Source of the DNA: Octopus vulgaris
Taxonomy: Eukaryota
Reading direction: 5' to 3'
Assembly: GCA_951406725.2 (NCBI GenBank)
Contig: OX597840.1
Span: 28,334,001 to 28,398,000 of the forward strand
Length of the DNA stretch: 64,000 nucleotides
The translations under genes were made by a program, and so were the position numbers. Position 1 is the first letter of the stretch; each line of letters begins with the position of its first letter. This document shows positions 26,784-37,568 of this stretch, piece by piece. The notes beneath the pieces are model-generated. The model was given only the letters and a program-made list of their open reading frames with translations. It was not told the origin of the DNA and did not search any database.

Positions 26784-28875
26784 TCAACTTGTGTGTCTGT
26801 GTATGTATGTGAATAAGGAATGTGTTTGGATAAGGGGGTGGGTATGTGTGTGTGAATAAGGAGTGTGTGTGCATGTGTACATGTATATGAGTGTATGTGT
26901 GTGCATGCATGTGATTAAGGAGTGTGCATGTGTATGTGTGTATGTATGTGAATAAGGAGTGTGTGTGTGTGTGTGTGTGTGCATGTGAATAAGGTGTGTG
27001 TTTGTGTGTGTGAGTTCAAGATAAAGAACAACAAAGAGACCCATACTTATCTTCAGGGTTGTGAAACTGACTGCAAATCCTGATGTTGTACTGGCTGAGA
27101 GTGGCCCCTACCAGAGCCCTACATTAAAAAAGAACAACAACAACAACAGCAGATTAACAGTGATGAAAATAAGAAACGGGGATTGACTGAGGGAGTCAGG
27201 TGGGCTCCGTTCAGTAACAACAAACAACAATACAACCCACTCCCTGCATATAACAACTAACCCCTCTTTGGGCCCTTTGTCTGTTTTGGCATGGTGTCTA
27301 CAACTGGATGCCCTTCCTAATGTCAACCACTTTACAGAGGGTACTGGATGCTTTTCTTGAGGCACGAGCCCCAGTAGGGAGCACCAAGTAACTTGCAAGA
27401 AAAAGACGCCCTCATCCCCAGAGGCACAATGGCCCAGTGGTTAGGGCAGCAGACTTGCGGTCGGAGGATCGTGGTTTCAATTCCCAGATCGGGCATTGTG
27501 TGTGTTTATTGAACGAAAACACCTAAAAGCTCCACGAGGCTCCGGCAGGGGTGGTAGTGACCCCTGTTATACAATTTCGCCACAACTTTCTCTCACTCTT
27601 TCTTCCTGTTTCTTGAGTAACGCTGCGATGGACTGGCGTCCCGTCCAGCTGGGGGAACAAATACGCCACAGAAACTGTGAAACCGGGCCCATGAGCCTGG
27701 CTAGGCTTGAAAAGGGTGATGTTTATCGTTATGATCAGGTGAGAGAGAAGTGAGCAAGAGCAGACTGAGCCGTTGGTCAATTAGGCACTGCCCGAGGACC
27801 TGGAGCTCTGAGGGGTCCACACTCTACATGTTAACTTCACTAAAACACATTCAAAGGGGCCCAGTGGTAAACAGTTATGCCCGAGGGCCCTTAATACTCT
27901 CAGTCCGCCTCTGGATGTAGGAGTGGATCGGGCATGGGGTGATGTTTAGACATGTGTGGGTACCTGGAATGATTGTAGAAAAAAAGGGATGTTAAGGGTG
28001 GATAAAACAAATATTCTGTTGAAGTTGATTGTAAAAGCAATTAGAAATTTTTGGGGGAACCAACTGTCCAAAACTGCTAGAAGTGTTGCCCCTAAAAAAA
28101 ACTTACCCTAAATGAATCATGGGTCCCTCGGGACCAACTGGCATGTTACAGCCAACAGCACAAACGCAGGAGATGAACTTGACAATCATTGTTTTCAAGC
28201 TGAACATCTTCGGAATATGGGTTCCATTAAGAAATCCGGTTACTTCTGGAATTCCTGAGCCTCCAGCACTTGGACAAAGGAACTTTTTTGGGATGGAGCG
28301 TAAGAGTGAAAAAATAATTCAATATGAGAAAGAGGTATGTCAGCAAGAAAGCAGAAAATACAATCCATACACAGACACATACACCCCATCATCATCATTT
28401 AACATCTGTTCTCCATGCTAGCATGGGTTGGGCGGTTTGACCGGGGTCTGGGAAGCCAGGAGGCTGCACCAGGCCCAGTCTGATCTGGCAGTGTTTCTAC
28501 AGCTGGATGCCCTTCCTAACGCCAACAACTCCATGAGTGTAGTGGATGCTTTTTACGTGCCACCTGCACAGGTGCCAGAGGAGGCTGGCAACAGCCACGA
28601 TCGGTTGGTGCTTTTTATGTGCCACCGGCACGGAAGCCAGTCAAGGCGGCGCTGGCATCGGCCCTATCGTTTAATGTCAGTTTTCCATGCTGGTATAGGT
28701 TGAATGGTTTGGCAGGAAGCAGCAAGACCAGGAGCCATACCATGTTCCATATGTCTGTTGTGGCATGGTTTCTATGGCTGGATTCCCTTCCTAACCAACC
28801 ACTTTACAGAGTGTAATGGCTGCTGTTTATGTGGTATCAGCACCAATGCTTTTTACATTGGCACCAGCATCATTG

Positions 28876-28911
<36 letters not shown>

Positions 28912-29779
28912 TATAGATAAAAATGGTAAGACAACAAAAGAAAGAAAGAGACCTCGATATTATGTAAAAAGAGGAAATTATCTGTAAATGTAATATGTGA
29001 CAATTATTCGGTAGCCATGATAAAACTCCGAGTTTCGGATGCTGAGGTGGAAATCCACACCACCATCTCTTCAGTTATCTGGCCCACGAGATATTAATGT
29101 TTATTTCCGACTAATATTACATTTTTTCTGTTTTGTTATTTGTAGATAGTACATGGTTCAAAATGTAATATATATATATATATATATATACCCGATCGTA
29201 GCCGTTCGCCAGCCTCGTCTGGCACCTGTGTCGGTGGCACATAAGAAAAACACCGAAAACACCATATCCGAGCGAGGCCGTCTGCCAGCCTCGTCTGGCA
29301 CCTGTGTCGGTGTCACATAAAAAACACCATCCGAGCGTGGCCGTCTGCCAGCCTCGTCTGGCACCTGTGTCGGTGGCACATAAAAAACACCATTCGACCG
29401 TGGCCGTCTGCCAGCCTCGTCTGGCACCTGTGTCGGTGGCACATAAAAAACACCATTCGACCGTGGCCGTCTGCCAGCCTCGTCTGGCACCTGTGTCGGT
29501 GGCACATAAAAAACACCATCCGAGCGTGGCCGTCTGCCAGCCTCGTCTGGCACCTGTGTTGGTGGCACATAAAATCACCCACTACACTCTCGGAGTGGTT
29601 GGCGTTAGGAAGGGCATCCAGCTGTAGAAACACTGCCAGATCTGACTGGCCTGGTGCAGCCTTCGGGCTTGCCAGACCCCAGTTGAACCGTCCAACCCAT
29701 GCTAGCATGGAAAGCGGACGTTAAACGATGATGATGATATATATTGGGTCGGCCAGATACATACATACACACAAACATA

Positions 29780-29815
<36 letters not shown>

Positions 29816-31316
29816 TATACACACACAGACACATACTTGAGTGTGTTTGTGTGTGTACATAGAGACACACACACATGTAAACGTATGTATGTGTGCATGT
29901 GTGTGTTTGCATCTCCTTATCTTGTACAACAGCTGTAAACAAGCATGACCATCAAATAACAGAAGTCCTTCATTTCCCATCAACCATAAGAAATATTAGC
30001 TTGCTTAGAAACAAGTGTGTGTTGGGGAGCAGAAAGAGCACCCACCCGGCAGTCAAAGGAAGTATACTCCAACAAACTTCATGCTGAACCAAAGTAGACA
30101 TTAAAATTATCCTGACGAGGGGAAAAGGACTTCTGTTGACACAGAGAACACAGGGTCATCATCATCATCACCATCATCGTTTAATATCCACTTTCCATGC
30201 TAGCATGGGTTGGACGATTTTGACTGAGGTCTGGCGAATCAGATGGCTGCACCAGGCTCCAATCTTGATTTGGCAGAGTTTCTACAGCTGGATGCCCTTC
30301 CTAATGCCAACCACTCTGAGAGTGTGGTGGGTGCTTTTTACGTGCCACCGGCACGGAGGCCAATCACGCGGTACTGGCAACGACGCTCGAATGGTACCCT
30401 TTTACGTGCCACTGCAGAGGCGGTACCATAGCCAATGAGGGTTATCCGAGGCGTGGTTATTGCTAGTTGAAACTGGCATGGGGGCCAGTCAGGCGGTACT
30501 GGCAACGACCTCGCTCGAATCCTTTTACACATGCCACCAGCACAGGTGCCAGTAAGGCAACTTTGGTAACAATCACGCTCAAATGGGGCCCTTTTACATG
30601 CCACTGGCACGGAAGCCAGTTGGCTGCTCTGGCAACGATCACACTCAGATGGTGTTCTTGGTACCCTACTAGCACAGGCACAAGTGCCAGTAAGGCGATG
30701 CTGGTAACGATCACGCTCGAATGGTGCCCTTTAAATGCCACTGGCACGAAAGCCAGTTGGCCGCTCTGGCAACGATCACGCTCGGATGGTGCTCTTTGCA
30801 CCCTGCCAGCACGGACGCCAGTCATCGAATTTGATTTTGATTGATTTGATTTGAAGGGTGAAGACATGAAATACGAAAGATGTATATTTATGAAGGTCAC
30901 TCACCACAACGGTGCTGGAACTAACCAGAACAAACAGGACACTGTAGGCAAGGGACCACCCCCAGGCGGCAACATAATCAGAACTCTGCAAATATTAAAA
31001 CAAAAAGAAAATTGTGGGGAATTATATATGCTGCAAAGATATTCTGGTTTTGGGTATAAAGAAAATACAGGAGGATCAGTTAATTATGATCTCATACAAG
31101 ATATTCCCTTCTTAGGATTCACACACTTATTGTAAAAGTCCTTCAGTTTCCCTAAGTCCTGCAAAAGTGCTTGGAACATTGAGCCCTCAACCAGGCTTTG
31201 TGCGATACCCTTAATAAAGATTAAAATAAAAAATTATACCCTCAAAAAAAGTCATTTCAACTCATCCTTTAAAATATAGATAATACGGTAGCAAGAAATT
31301 TCTCTTTAATATTCTA

Positions 31317-31364
<48 letters not shown>

Positions 31365-32004
31365 ATGTATACATATCTTCTCTTTTACGTTCTGAGTTCA
31401 AATTCCACTCAGGTCAACTTTGCCTTTCATCCTTTCAGGGTCAATAAATTAAGTATGAAATGGTCTTCTTCGGTTACTCGGTATAAAATGTAAAGATTAA
31501 GTAAATTGCAACAATAATAATAAAAATGTATATAATAGGTAGAAAAACCTATTATAAGTCAATTACATTCAACTGGTGCTTAATTTATTGACCCCGAAAG
31601 GATGAAAGGCAAAGTTGACCTCGGCAGAATTTGAACTCAGAACATAAAAGAGAAGATAAGAATACTGACTCACCTCAATGTACTCGGTGGCTTTGGTCCA
31701 TTTCACATCAGCGATGAGTTCGATCAACTGATGCATGACAAACCCAATGAAACCAACTGTGAAACCAATGATCCCCATAAGAAGCCATCGATGGACCTGA
31801 TACCTGTGAATGAAGGACAGAAAGGGGATACAGTTCTATATTTAAGAGATGAGGAATTATGCACACTATTTACATTTGACGGATATTTCTCCACATCTTC
31901 TTTGTTGTTAACACAATTTTTCAGCTGATATACCCTCCAGCCTTCATCAGGTGTCTTGGGGAAATTTCGAACCTGGGTTCTCATTCCTAAGGTATTTTTC
32001 GATG

Positions 32005-32036
<32 letters not shown>

Positions 32037-32560
32037 GGCCGGTGGCCCGTAAAAAGCACCATCCGATCGTGGCCGTTGCCAGCCTTGCCTGACCTCCGTG
32101 CCAGTGGTATGTAAAAAGCACCATCCGATCGTGGCCGTTTGTCAGCCTCGCCTGGCCCCCGTGCCGGTGGCACGTAAAAAGCACCATCTGATCCTGGCCG
32201 TTTGCCAGCCTCGTCTGGCACCTGTGCTGGTGGCACATAAAAAGCATCCACTACACTCACGGAGTGGTTGGCGTTAGGAAGGGCATCCAGCTGTAGAAAC
32301 ACTGCCAGATCAGACTGGAGCCTGGTGCAGCCTCCTGGCTTCCCAGACCCCAGTTGAACCGTCCAACCCATGCTAGCATGGAAAGCGGACGCTAAACGAT
32401 GATGATGATGATGATGATGATGATTTACATTTGACGGATATTTGTCCTCATCTTGTTTGTTGCTAACGTTTCGGCTGATATATTTTCCAGCCTTCATCAG
32501 GCTTCATCTTGGGGAAATTTCGAACCTGGGTTCTCATTCCTAAGGTATTTTTCGATGATG

Positions 32561-32605
<45 letters not shown>

Positions 32606-34974
32606 TACTGCCTGGAATCGAACTCGGAATCTTGGGGTTAATAGCCCGCGCTCTTGACCACTACACCATATGCCCTTAGGATTGAGAACCCTGGTTCGAA
32701 ATTTCCCCAAGACACCTGATAAAGGCTGGAGGGTATATCAGCTGAAACGTTGTGTCAACAACAAACAAAATGAGGACAAATATCCGTCAAATGTAAATAC
32801 TGTAGAAAGGGGACAGTTGAGTAAATTTTAAGTATAATAGGCGACCCCTATGTAAATTGATAAGTAAACTATGACTGGGGGGTGGTGAGTAATAGATGAG
32901 CCAAAGATAAGAAGCTGTTGTTGGGTCCATTACCTGTAAATGTGTGATATAAGTGGTCCCTTATGTCCACCAGTTTTGAAGATAATGAAACCAAAATAAT
33001 GAGTTCAAGCCACTCACCTAATGAGTATTTCTGCCAAATTTGGTGAAAATCCGTTCAGCCATTTTCCAGTCATTTTGCAAACACACAAACAGACCCAGAT
33101 GAGCAACTATAATACCCTGCTTTCACTTATGCATGCAGGGTAGAAATATGTAATGGGTGTACATACACATTTCGGGAATGTTTTCTCTTTCTTCAGTTGC
33201 ATTGTTTACAAAGACATATTTGTATATAAAACATCATAACTTTCAGTGCTGGCTCTAATTTCTATAGTACCATAAAACCTCGGGTATAGTCCGCCCTTGA
33301 GTATGCAGGGGATTTTTAGGGGTCTGTACCTCTGAAAAACCTAAACCTTGTGTATAATACGCACCTCTTCTCTAACTTGAGTCAAGGAGGTCTATATAAC
33401 GTCCTTGGTTTGTAAAAATGTATACGGTAACGTCCTTTATTATTATTGTATGTATAACATAATGCAAACGTATAGCTTTTTTATGCATTTTGTTTGCAAA
33501 CGTTTAATAAATGTTGCTTACTGCAAGTTATGGATGATTCTTTTATGACTTCATTGCTTTCATACTTAGCTTAAGGTATTTTCGCAGCCGACATCACAAA
33601 ATACGTCTGAATAAACATTGCCGGACAGCAAATAGAGACTCGGACATTGCTTAGAAAAAATTTTCATTTTTAACCTCGTATATAGTACGCACTAGGGATT
33701 TTCACCTTTAAATTTGGTGGGGAAAAATGCGGATTGTACTAGAGGATTTACGGTACTAAACATTTTATTTTCTCTTACTTTTCTTCCTCCTATCTTCTTT
33801 ATCAGACATTATCTCTCTCTATTATACTTACCCAATTTTATCTCTATCGCTATATATATTATCAAATATTATCCATTATTATCTCTGAACACCTCTTTGC
33901 ACATTGGACTGATCTCCTAGAAAAATTATTTTCACAGCTTCTTGTGAGCAGTATATCATTGTCATCTGAACAGGGCAGAGTCCTTTTAATATATATTCTG
34001 GAGAAGGTGCCACCTTTCACTGTAGTTGAGAAGCAAAGCCACCTCAAAAGGATCTGTAAGAAATGGATTGGGCTTAGTTACCAAAAGAACCCTGTGGTGG
34101 CAGTCTTAGGCTGTTAGACATTGTGTTGGAGGGGGAGGGGGCTTTGATGTGATGACAATGGCAGATGGGATGTGTGCGTGTGTATGTGTATATGTACGTA
34201 TATGTATTTGTGGTGTGTATGTATGTGGGTGTGCGTGTCGTTGTATGTATGTGCACATATATTGCAGCACACCAAATACAACAACCGCCATACGCCACTG
34301 GAATACACTGCTGCAATAAGAAACCCCACAGAACCACATGGTGCTCTGCCAGCAGACAGACGGAACATCCTGAAAGTAAATCCACAGGGCACCAACCTTG
34401 AGCTTCGTTGTCTTTTCAGCCAATTCTTGTAGACATTGCTGTGAGACGGCAGATAATCCAAACTAGTAAATGTGCCAAGGAATCGCTTCTCCTGTTCTGT
34501 GTACTGATGGCTGATGTCAGCTGGCTGGAAGTCTCGGCCCTGCAATGGAAAGAATGATTTGTAATATATTATCTGAGCAAGTGTCTTCTACTATAGCCTC
34601 GGGCCGACCAAAGCCTTGTGAGTGGATTTGGTAGACGGAAACTGAAAAGAAGCCCGTCATATATATATATATATATATATTGCACGTGAAAAAAATTCGA
34701 CCAAGGTCATTGCCAGTGCTGCTGGACTGGCTCGTGTAGGTGGCACATAAAAAGCACCATTTGAGCGTGACCGTTGCCAGTACCGCCTGAATGGATCTTG
34801 TGCTGGTGGCACGTAAAAGCACCCACTACACTCTCGGAGTGGTTGGCGTTAGGAAGGGCATCCAGCTGTAGAAACTCAGCTAGATCAAGATTGGAGCCTG
34901 GTGCAGCCATCTGGTTCACCAGTCCTCAGTCAAATCGTCCTGCATGGAAAGCAGACGTTAAATGATGATGATGA

Positions 34975-35018
<44 letters not shown>

Positions 35019-35475
35019 GTATGCACACACATACAAAACAGGGTTGTTCAGGCTTCTGGCCACCACTTTCAGCCGCAAGGTATTGGTCAAGCTGCAGCTA
35101 TATTAGGGGTCACCAGCCAAGAGTGTCCATTCATTAGGACTGTACCACCAACCACATGATTCCAAAGGAAATATCCTAACCACACAGCCATGCTTGCAGC
35201 TATCACATCAATGCCTTGTCAACATTGCAACACCATGCATGAAATACCAAGGTGGACTTGTCAGGAAGAATTACCTGAGGAAGAGACAAAAAGAACAAAT
35301 ACGGATCATATTTCAAAGAACTTACCGTTGCCAAGAAACTAAATGTGCCAGAGTTCTTCACACCTCTTTCTCGGATCGTCGTGGTTACAGCAGCATCATC
35401 GTCGTCTTCCGGAGATTCGGACACATCACCTTCTCTAGGTTGTTCTTGCGGGGAAAACTCTGGGTTGGTATCCAT
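10649..35475 (-). CDS. CLC-family chloride/proton exchanger (ClC-6/7 branch, 'chloride channel protein C-like'), 17 coding exons, ~845 aa, two C-terminal CBS domains
   Basis: Exons joined manually at GT-AG sites with consistent phase: 35475-35326, 34539-34397, 31803-31674, 30985-30905, 28282-28107, 27118-27047, 26522-26279, 23680-23489, 22127-22039, 20529-20399, 19248-19077, 17482-17302, 15973-15807, 15026-14850, 14501-14405, 13714-13619, 10888-10649. Sum 2538 nt. Motifs: [58 protein letters not shown]1 (HGGFPIV), CBS2 ([15 protein letters not shown]). Confidence 0.95.
11885..13512. repeat. Intronic satellite of 14/15-bp subunits organised into a 189-bp higher-order repeat
   Basis: The same phase point recurs at 12481, 12670, 12859, 13048, 13237 and 13426; subunits gttgacagcagtaca and gttgacagtcagta. 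Confidence 0.93.
13619..13714 (-). CDS. CLC coding exon 16 (LRPDR...LFVDL)
   Basis: tttcag| acceptor, TTG|gtaagt donor. Confidence 0.9.
14405..14501 (-). CDS. CLC coding exon 15 (QELNVLML...EYTE)
   Basis: cccag| acceptor, GAG|gtaggt donor. Confidence 0.9.
14850..15026 (-). CDS. CLC coding exon 14, CBS1 (DVMSQPV...HGGFPIV...GIITR)
   Basis: Not in the ORF track; read manually. tttcag| acceptor and CG|gtaag donor. Confidence 0.93.
15176..15373 (+). mobile_element. 3' fragment of a CR1-type LINE nested in a SINE
   Basis: [10 protein letters not shown]....QFKVSLD motif and a (ttaac)n tail. Confidence 0.7.
15807..15973 (-). CDS. CLC coding exon 13 (IELTND...HPHYH...IPFL)
   Basis: Helices P-R with the central tyrosine; CT|gtaagt donor. 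Confidence 0.95.
16290..16485 (+). mobile_element. Mariner remnant; related pieces at ~17000-17090 and ~38583-38718
   Basis: Encodes [21 protein letters not shown], a mariner C-terminal motif, followed by TIR-like sequence. Confidence 0.65.
17302..17482 (-). CDS. CLC coding exon 12 (FIGGLYGR...[21 protein letters not shown])
   Basis: tttcag| acceptor, ATG|gtaagg donor. Confidence 0.95.
17498..17991. repeat. (GGT/AGT)n trinucleotide microsatellite in CLC intron 11
   Basis: Direct inspection. Confidence 0.95.
18538..18950 (+). mobile_element. tRNA-derived CORE-type SINE (family A), representative copy; others at ~4805-5190(-), 16545-16930(-), 18338-18500(+), 20684-20905(+), 23770-24300(+), 40410-40748(+), 42355-42755(-), 47222-47806(-), 49508-49855(+), 53045-53207(-), 58390-58975(-), 61675-62060(+), 62265-62545(+)
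   Basis: A-box tggctgtgtggt, B-box ggttcagtccc, CORE-like cttgggcaagt, internal microsatellite, tail ggcggtgctccagcatggccgcagtcaaatgactgaaac(aagtaaaag)n. Confidence 0.9.
19077..19248 (-). CDS. CLC coding exon 11 (ATLLF...KHLF...GILVPML)
   Basis: ccag| acceptor, CT|gtaagt donor. Confidence 0.94.
20399..20529 (-). CDS. CLC coding exon 10 (YSCKND...YHCP...TYNE), luminal loop
   Basis: ttcag| acceptor, G|gtcagc donor; C..YN motif. Confidence 0.9.
22039..22127 (-). CDS. CLC coding exon 9 ([16 protein letters not shown]...)
   Basis: tttcag| acceptor, AG|gtaagt donor. Confidence 0.9.
23489..23680 (-). CDS. CLC coding exon 8 (IAYGIN...[12 protein letters not shown]...AFLM)
   Basis: Helix J motif; cag| acceptor and ATG|gtgagt donor. 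Confidence 0.93.
26279..26522 (-). CDS. CLC coding exon 7 ([29 protein letters not shown]...)
   Basis: Canonical CLC helix H/I motif including the proton glutamate; AGT|gtgagt donor. Confidence 0.96.
27047..27118 (-). CDS. CLC coding exon 6 (ALVGATLSQ...FHNPEDK)
   Basis: atgtag| acceptor, AA|gtatgg donor, phase 2-2. Confidence 0.9.
28107..28282 (-). CDS. CLC coding exon 5 (GSGIPE ... [10 protein letters not shown])
   Basis: Selectivity-filter serine and gating-glutamate motifs; GG|gtaagt donor. Confidence 0.95.
29014..29083 (-). ncRNA. Type I hammerhead ribozyme, intact core, in CLC intron 4 (sense)
   Basis: Minus strand reads gcca-GATAA CTGAAGA gatg...catcc GAAA ctc g gag TT TTATC-a-tggc: stems I, II and III, CUGANGA and GAAA cores, GUU cleavage triplet. 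Confidence 0.75.
30905..30985 (-). CDS. CLC coding exon 4 (SSDYVAAW...STVV)
   Basis: ttgcag| acceptor, GTG|gtgagt donor, 81 nt. Confidence 0.9.
31674..31803 (-). CDS. CLC coding exon 3 ([17 protein letters not shown]...EYIE), helix B
   Basis: tcacag| acceptor, GAG|gtgagt donor. Confidence 0.92.
31910..31955 (-). ncRNA. Minimal type I hammerhead copy 1 (stem III mutated)
   Basis: GACAC CTGATGA a ggctg gagggtatat cagct GAAAaatt GTGTT. Confidence 0.55.
32461..32505 (-). ncRNA. Minimal type I hammerhead copy 2 (core intact, stem I disrupted)
   Basis: CTGATGA a ggctg gaaaatatat cagcc GAAAC GTT. Confidence 0.55.
32711..32756 (+). ncRNA. Minimal type I hammerhead copy 3 (G8A core mutation, stems intact)
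   Basis: GACAC CTGATaA a ggctg gagggtatat cagct GAAAC GTT GTGTC. Confidence 0.55.
33268..33755. mobile_element. TA-flanked TIR element (pogo/Tigger-like MITE)
   Basis: taccataaaacctcg...gaggatttacggta; second copy at 43527-44053. Confidence 0.75.
34397..34539 (-). CDS. CLC coding exon 2 (GRDFQP...[19 protein letters not shown])
   Basis: ttgcag| acceptor, AG|gttggt donor, SLDY motif typical of ClC-6/7 N-termini. Confidence 0.9.
35326..35475 (-). CDS. CLC coding exon 1 (MDTNPEF...FSFLAT); exon probably begins at acceptor 35546
   Basis: ATG at 35475; donor ACG|GTAAG; acidic N-terminus; phase 0 matches the next exon. The start codon is inferred. Confidence 0.75.
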
Positions 35476-35560
35476 GGTCAAAGGAACGGGTGAGACTTCT
35501 GGAAAATTCTGAAAGATTTCAGGACGGTTAGAAATTCTGGTTTTTACTGTTGGTGAAATC

Positions 35561-36500
35561 ATCATCATCGTTTAGCGTCCCCTTTCCATGCTAGCACGGG
35601 TTGGACGGTTCAACTGGGGTCTGGGAAGCCAGGAGGCTGCACCATGCTCCAGTCTGATCTGGCAATGTTTCTACGGCTGGATGCCCTTCCTAACGCCAAC
35701 CACTCCATGAGTGTAGTGGGTGCCTTTTACATGCCACCGGCACAGGTGCCAGGCGAGGCTGGCAAATGGCCACGATCGGATGGTGCTTTTTACGTGCCAC
35801 CAGCACGGGGGCCAGGCGAGGCTGGCAACAGCCACGATCGGCTGGTGCTTTTTACGTGCCGCCGGCACGAGGCCAGTCAGGGCGGCACTGGTAATGGCCA
35901 CGTTCGGATGGTTCTCTTATGTACCACCGGCACAAGGCCAGTCGAGGCGGCGCTGGCAACGGCCACGTTCAGATGGTTCTCTTACGAACCACCGGCACGA
36001 GGCCAGTCGGGGCGGTGCTGGCAACGGCCACGTTCAGATGGTTCTCTTATGTACCACCGGCACGAGGCCAGTCGAGGCGGCACTGGCAACAGCCACATTC
36101 GGATGGTACTCTTACGTACCACCGGCACAAGGCCAGTCAGGGCATCGCTGGCAACGGCCACGTTCGGATGGTTCTCTTACGTACCACCAGCACGAGGCCA
36201 GTCGGGGCGGCACTGGCAACGGCCACATTCGGATGAGTGTCATAAATTGTGCCACAAAACTGCCATTCTCACAGATTTCGGAGATATGTTTTTACATGCC
36301 ACCGACACTGGTGCCATTTGTGTTCCACCGGTATCTGCCATGACTGCGATTTTACTCAGCTTGATGGGTCTTCTTCTCAAGCACGACATAATGCCAAGGG
36401 TTTTGGTCATGCGTCATTGCCTCCATGAGGCTCAACACTCAAAAGGTGCTTTTCACATGCCACTGATATCGTCCATTCAAAGATCATGCTTCACCACATG
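35561..36500 (-). mobile_element. SINE/LINE-tail family B with (GAT)n tail and internal 63-65-bp tandem repeats; other copies at ~11205-11395, 15535-15730, 19545-20068, 21345-21880, 22630-23110, 25668-26113, 28388-28665, 29190-29737, 30157-30850, 32037-32422, 34680-34978
   Basis: Shared aggaagggcatccagctgtagaaac...aacccatgctagcatggaaagcggacgttaaacgatgatgat. Confidence 0.88.
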
Positions 36501-36616
36501 TGTGTGTGTGTGTGTGTGTAATAGGTTGACAGTGAAGTAGTCTTTATGTGGCCACTACATGCTAGAAATAGCAGCTGAATCTCTCCCAGTCAATAATGCA
36601 GACTTTATGGGGCATC

Positions 36617-36652
<36 letters not shown>

Positions 36653-37184
36653 TGTATGTATGTATGTGTGTGTTTATGTGTCTATATTGTCTTCATCGCT
36701 TAACAACCGATGTTTGTGTGTTTACATCCTCATAACTTAGCGGTTTGGCAAAAGAGACCGATAGAATAAGTACTAGGCTTACAAAGAATAAGTCCTGGGG
36801 TCGATTTGCTCAACTAAAGGCGGTGCTCCAGCATGGCCGCTGTCAATGATACAGCCTTTATTTGGCAACTACATATATATATATGCATGCATGTATGTAT
36901 ATGTGTGTTTGTGTGTCTATGTTGCCTCCATCGCTTAACAACCGATGTTGGTGTGTTTACATCCTCGTAATTTACTGGTTCGGCACAAGAGACCGATAGA
37001 ATAAGTACTAGGCTTACAAATAATAAGTCCTGGGGTTGATTTGCTCGACTAAAGGCGGTGCTCCAGCATGGCCGCTGTCAAATGACTGAAACAAGTAAAA
37101 TAAAGGAATAAAATGCAGCGCTCCAGCATGGCCACGCTCCAATACAGGAAGCATGTTAAAGAAAGAAGAAAACTTTTTTTTGGA

Positions 37185-37568
37185 AGCATCCGACGGTTAC
37201 GACGATGAGGGTTCCGGTTGATCCGAATCAACGGAACAGCCTGCTCGTGAAATTAACGTGTAAGTGGCTGAGCACTCCACAGACACGTGTAACCCTTAAC
37301 GTAGTTCTCGGGGATATTCAGCGTGACACAGAGAGTGACAAGGCCGGCCCTTTGAAATACAGGTACAACAGAAACAGGAAGTAAGAGTGAGAAGAGAAAG
37401 TTGTGGTGAATGAGTACAGCAGGGATCACCATCATCCCCTGCCGGAGACTCGTGGAGCTTTAGGTGTTTTCGCTCAATAAACACTCACAACGCCCGGTCT
37501 GGGAATCGAAACCGCGATCCTATGACCGCGCGACTCCGCTGCCCTAACCACTGGGCCATTGCGCCTCC
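37185..37568 (-). mobile_element. tRNA-derived SINE family D; other copies at 27421-27730(+) and 62128-62200(+)
   Basis: ggaggcgcaatggcccagtggttagggcagcgga...ggtttcgattcccagaccgggc tRNA-like head. Confidence 0.85.

Noticed and set aside
32603-32676. tRNA-like sequence, also at 27421, 37490-37568 and 48953
   Set aside because: A/B boxes are present but acceptor stems are imperfect and the sequences run into repeat bodies; SINE heads rather than tRNA genes
35644-36540. 298-aa repetitive ORF and similar ORFs at 19.6-20.2 and 29.1-29.7 kb
   Set aside because: Internal 63-65-bp tandem repeats of a dispersed SINE-like family; not coding, and not CRISPR because there are no unique spacers
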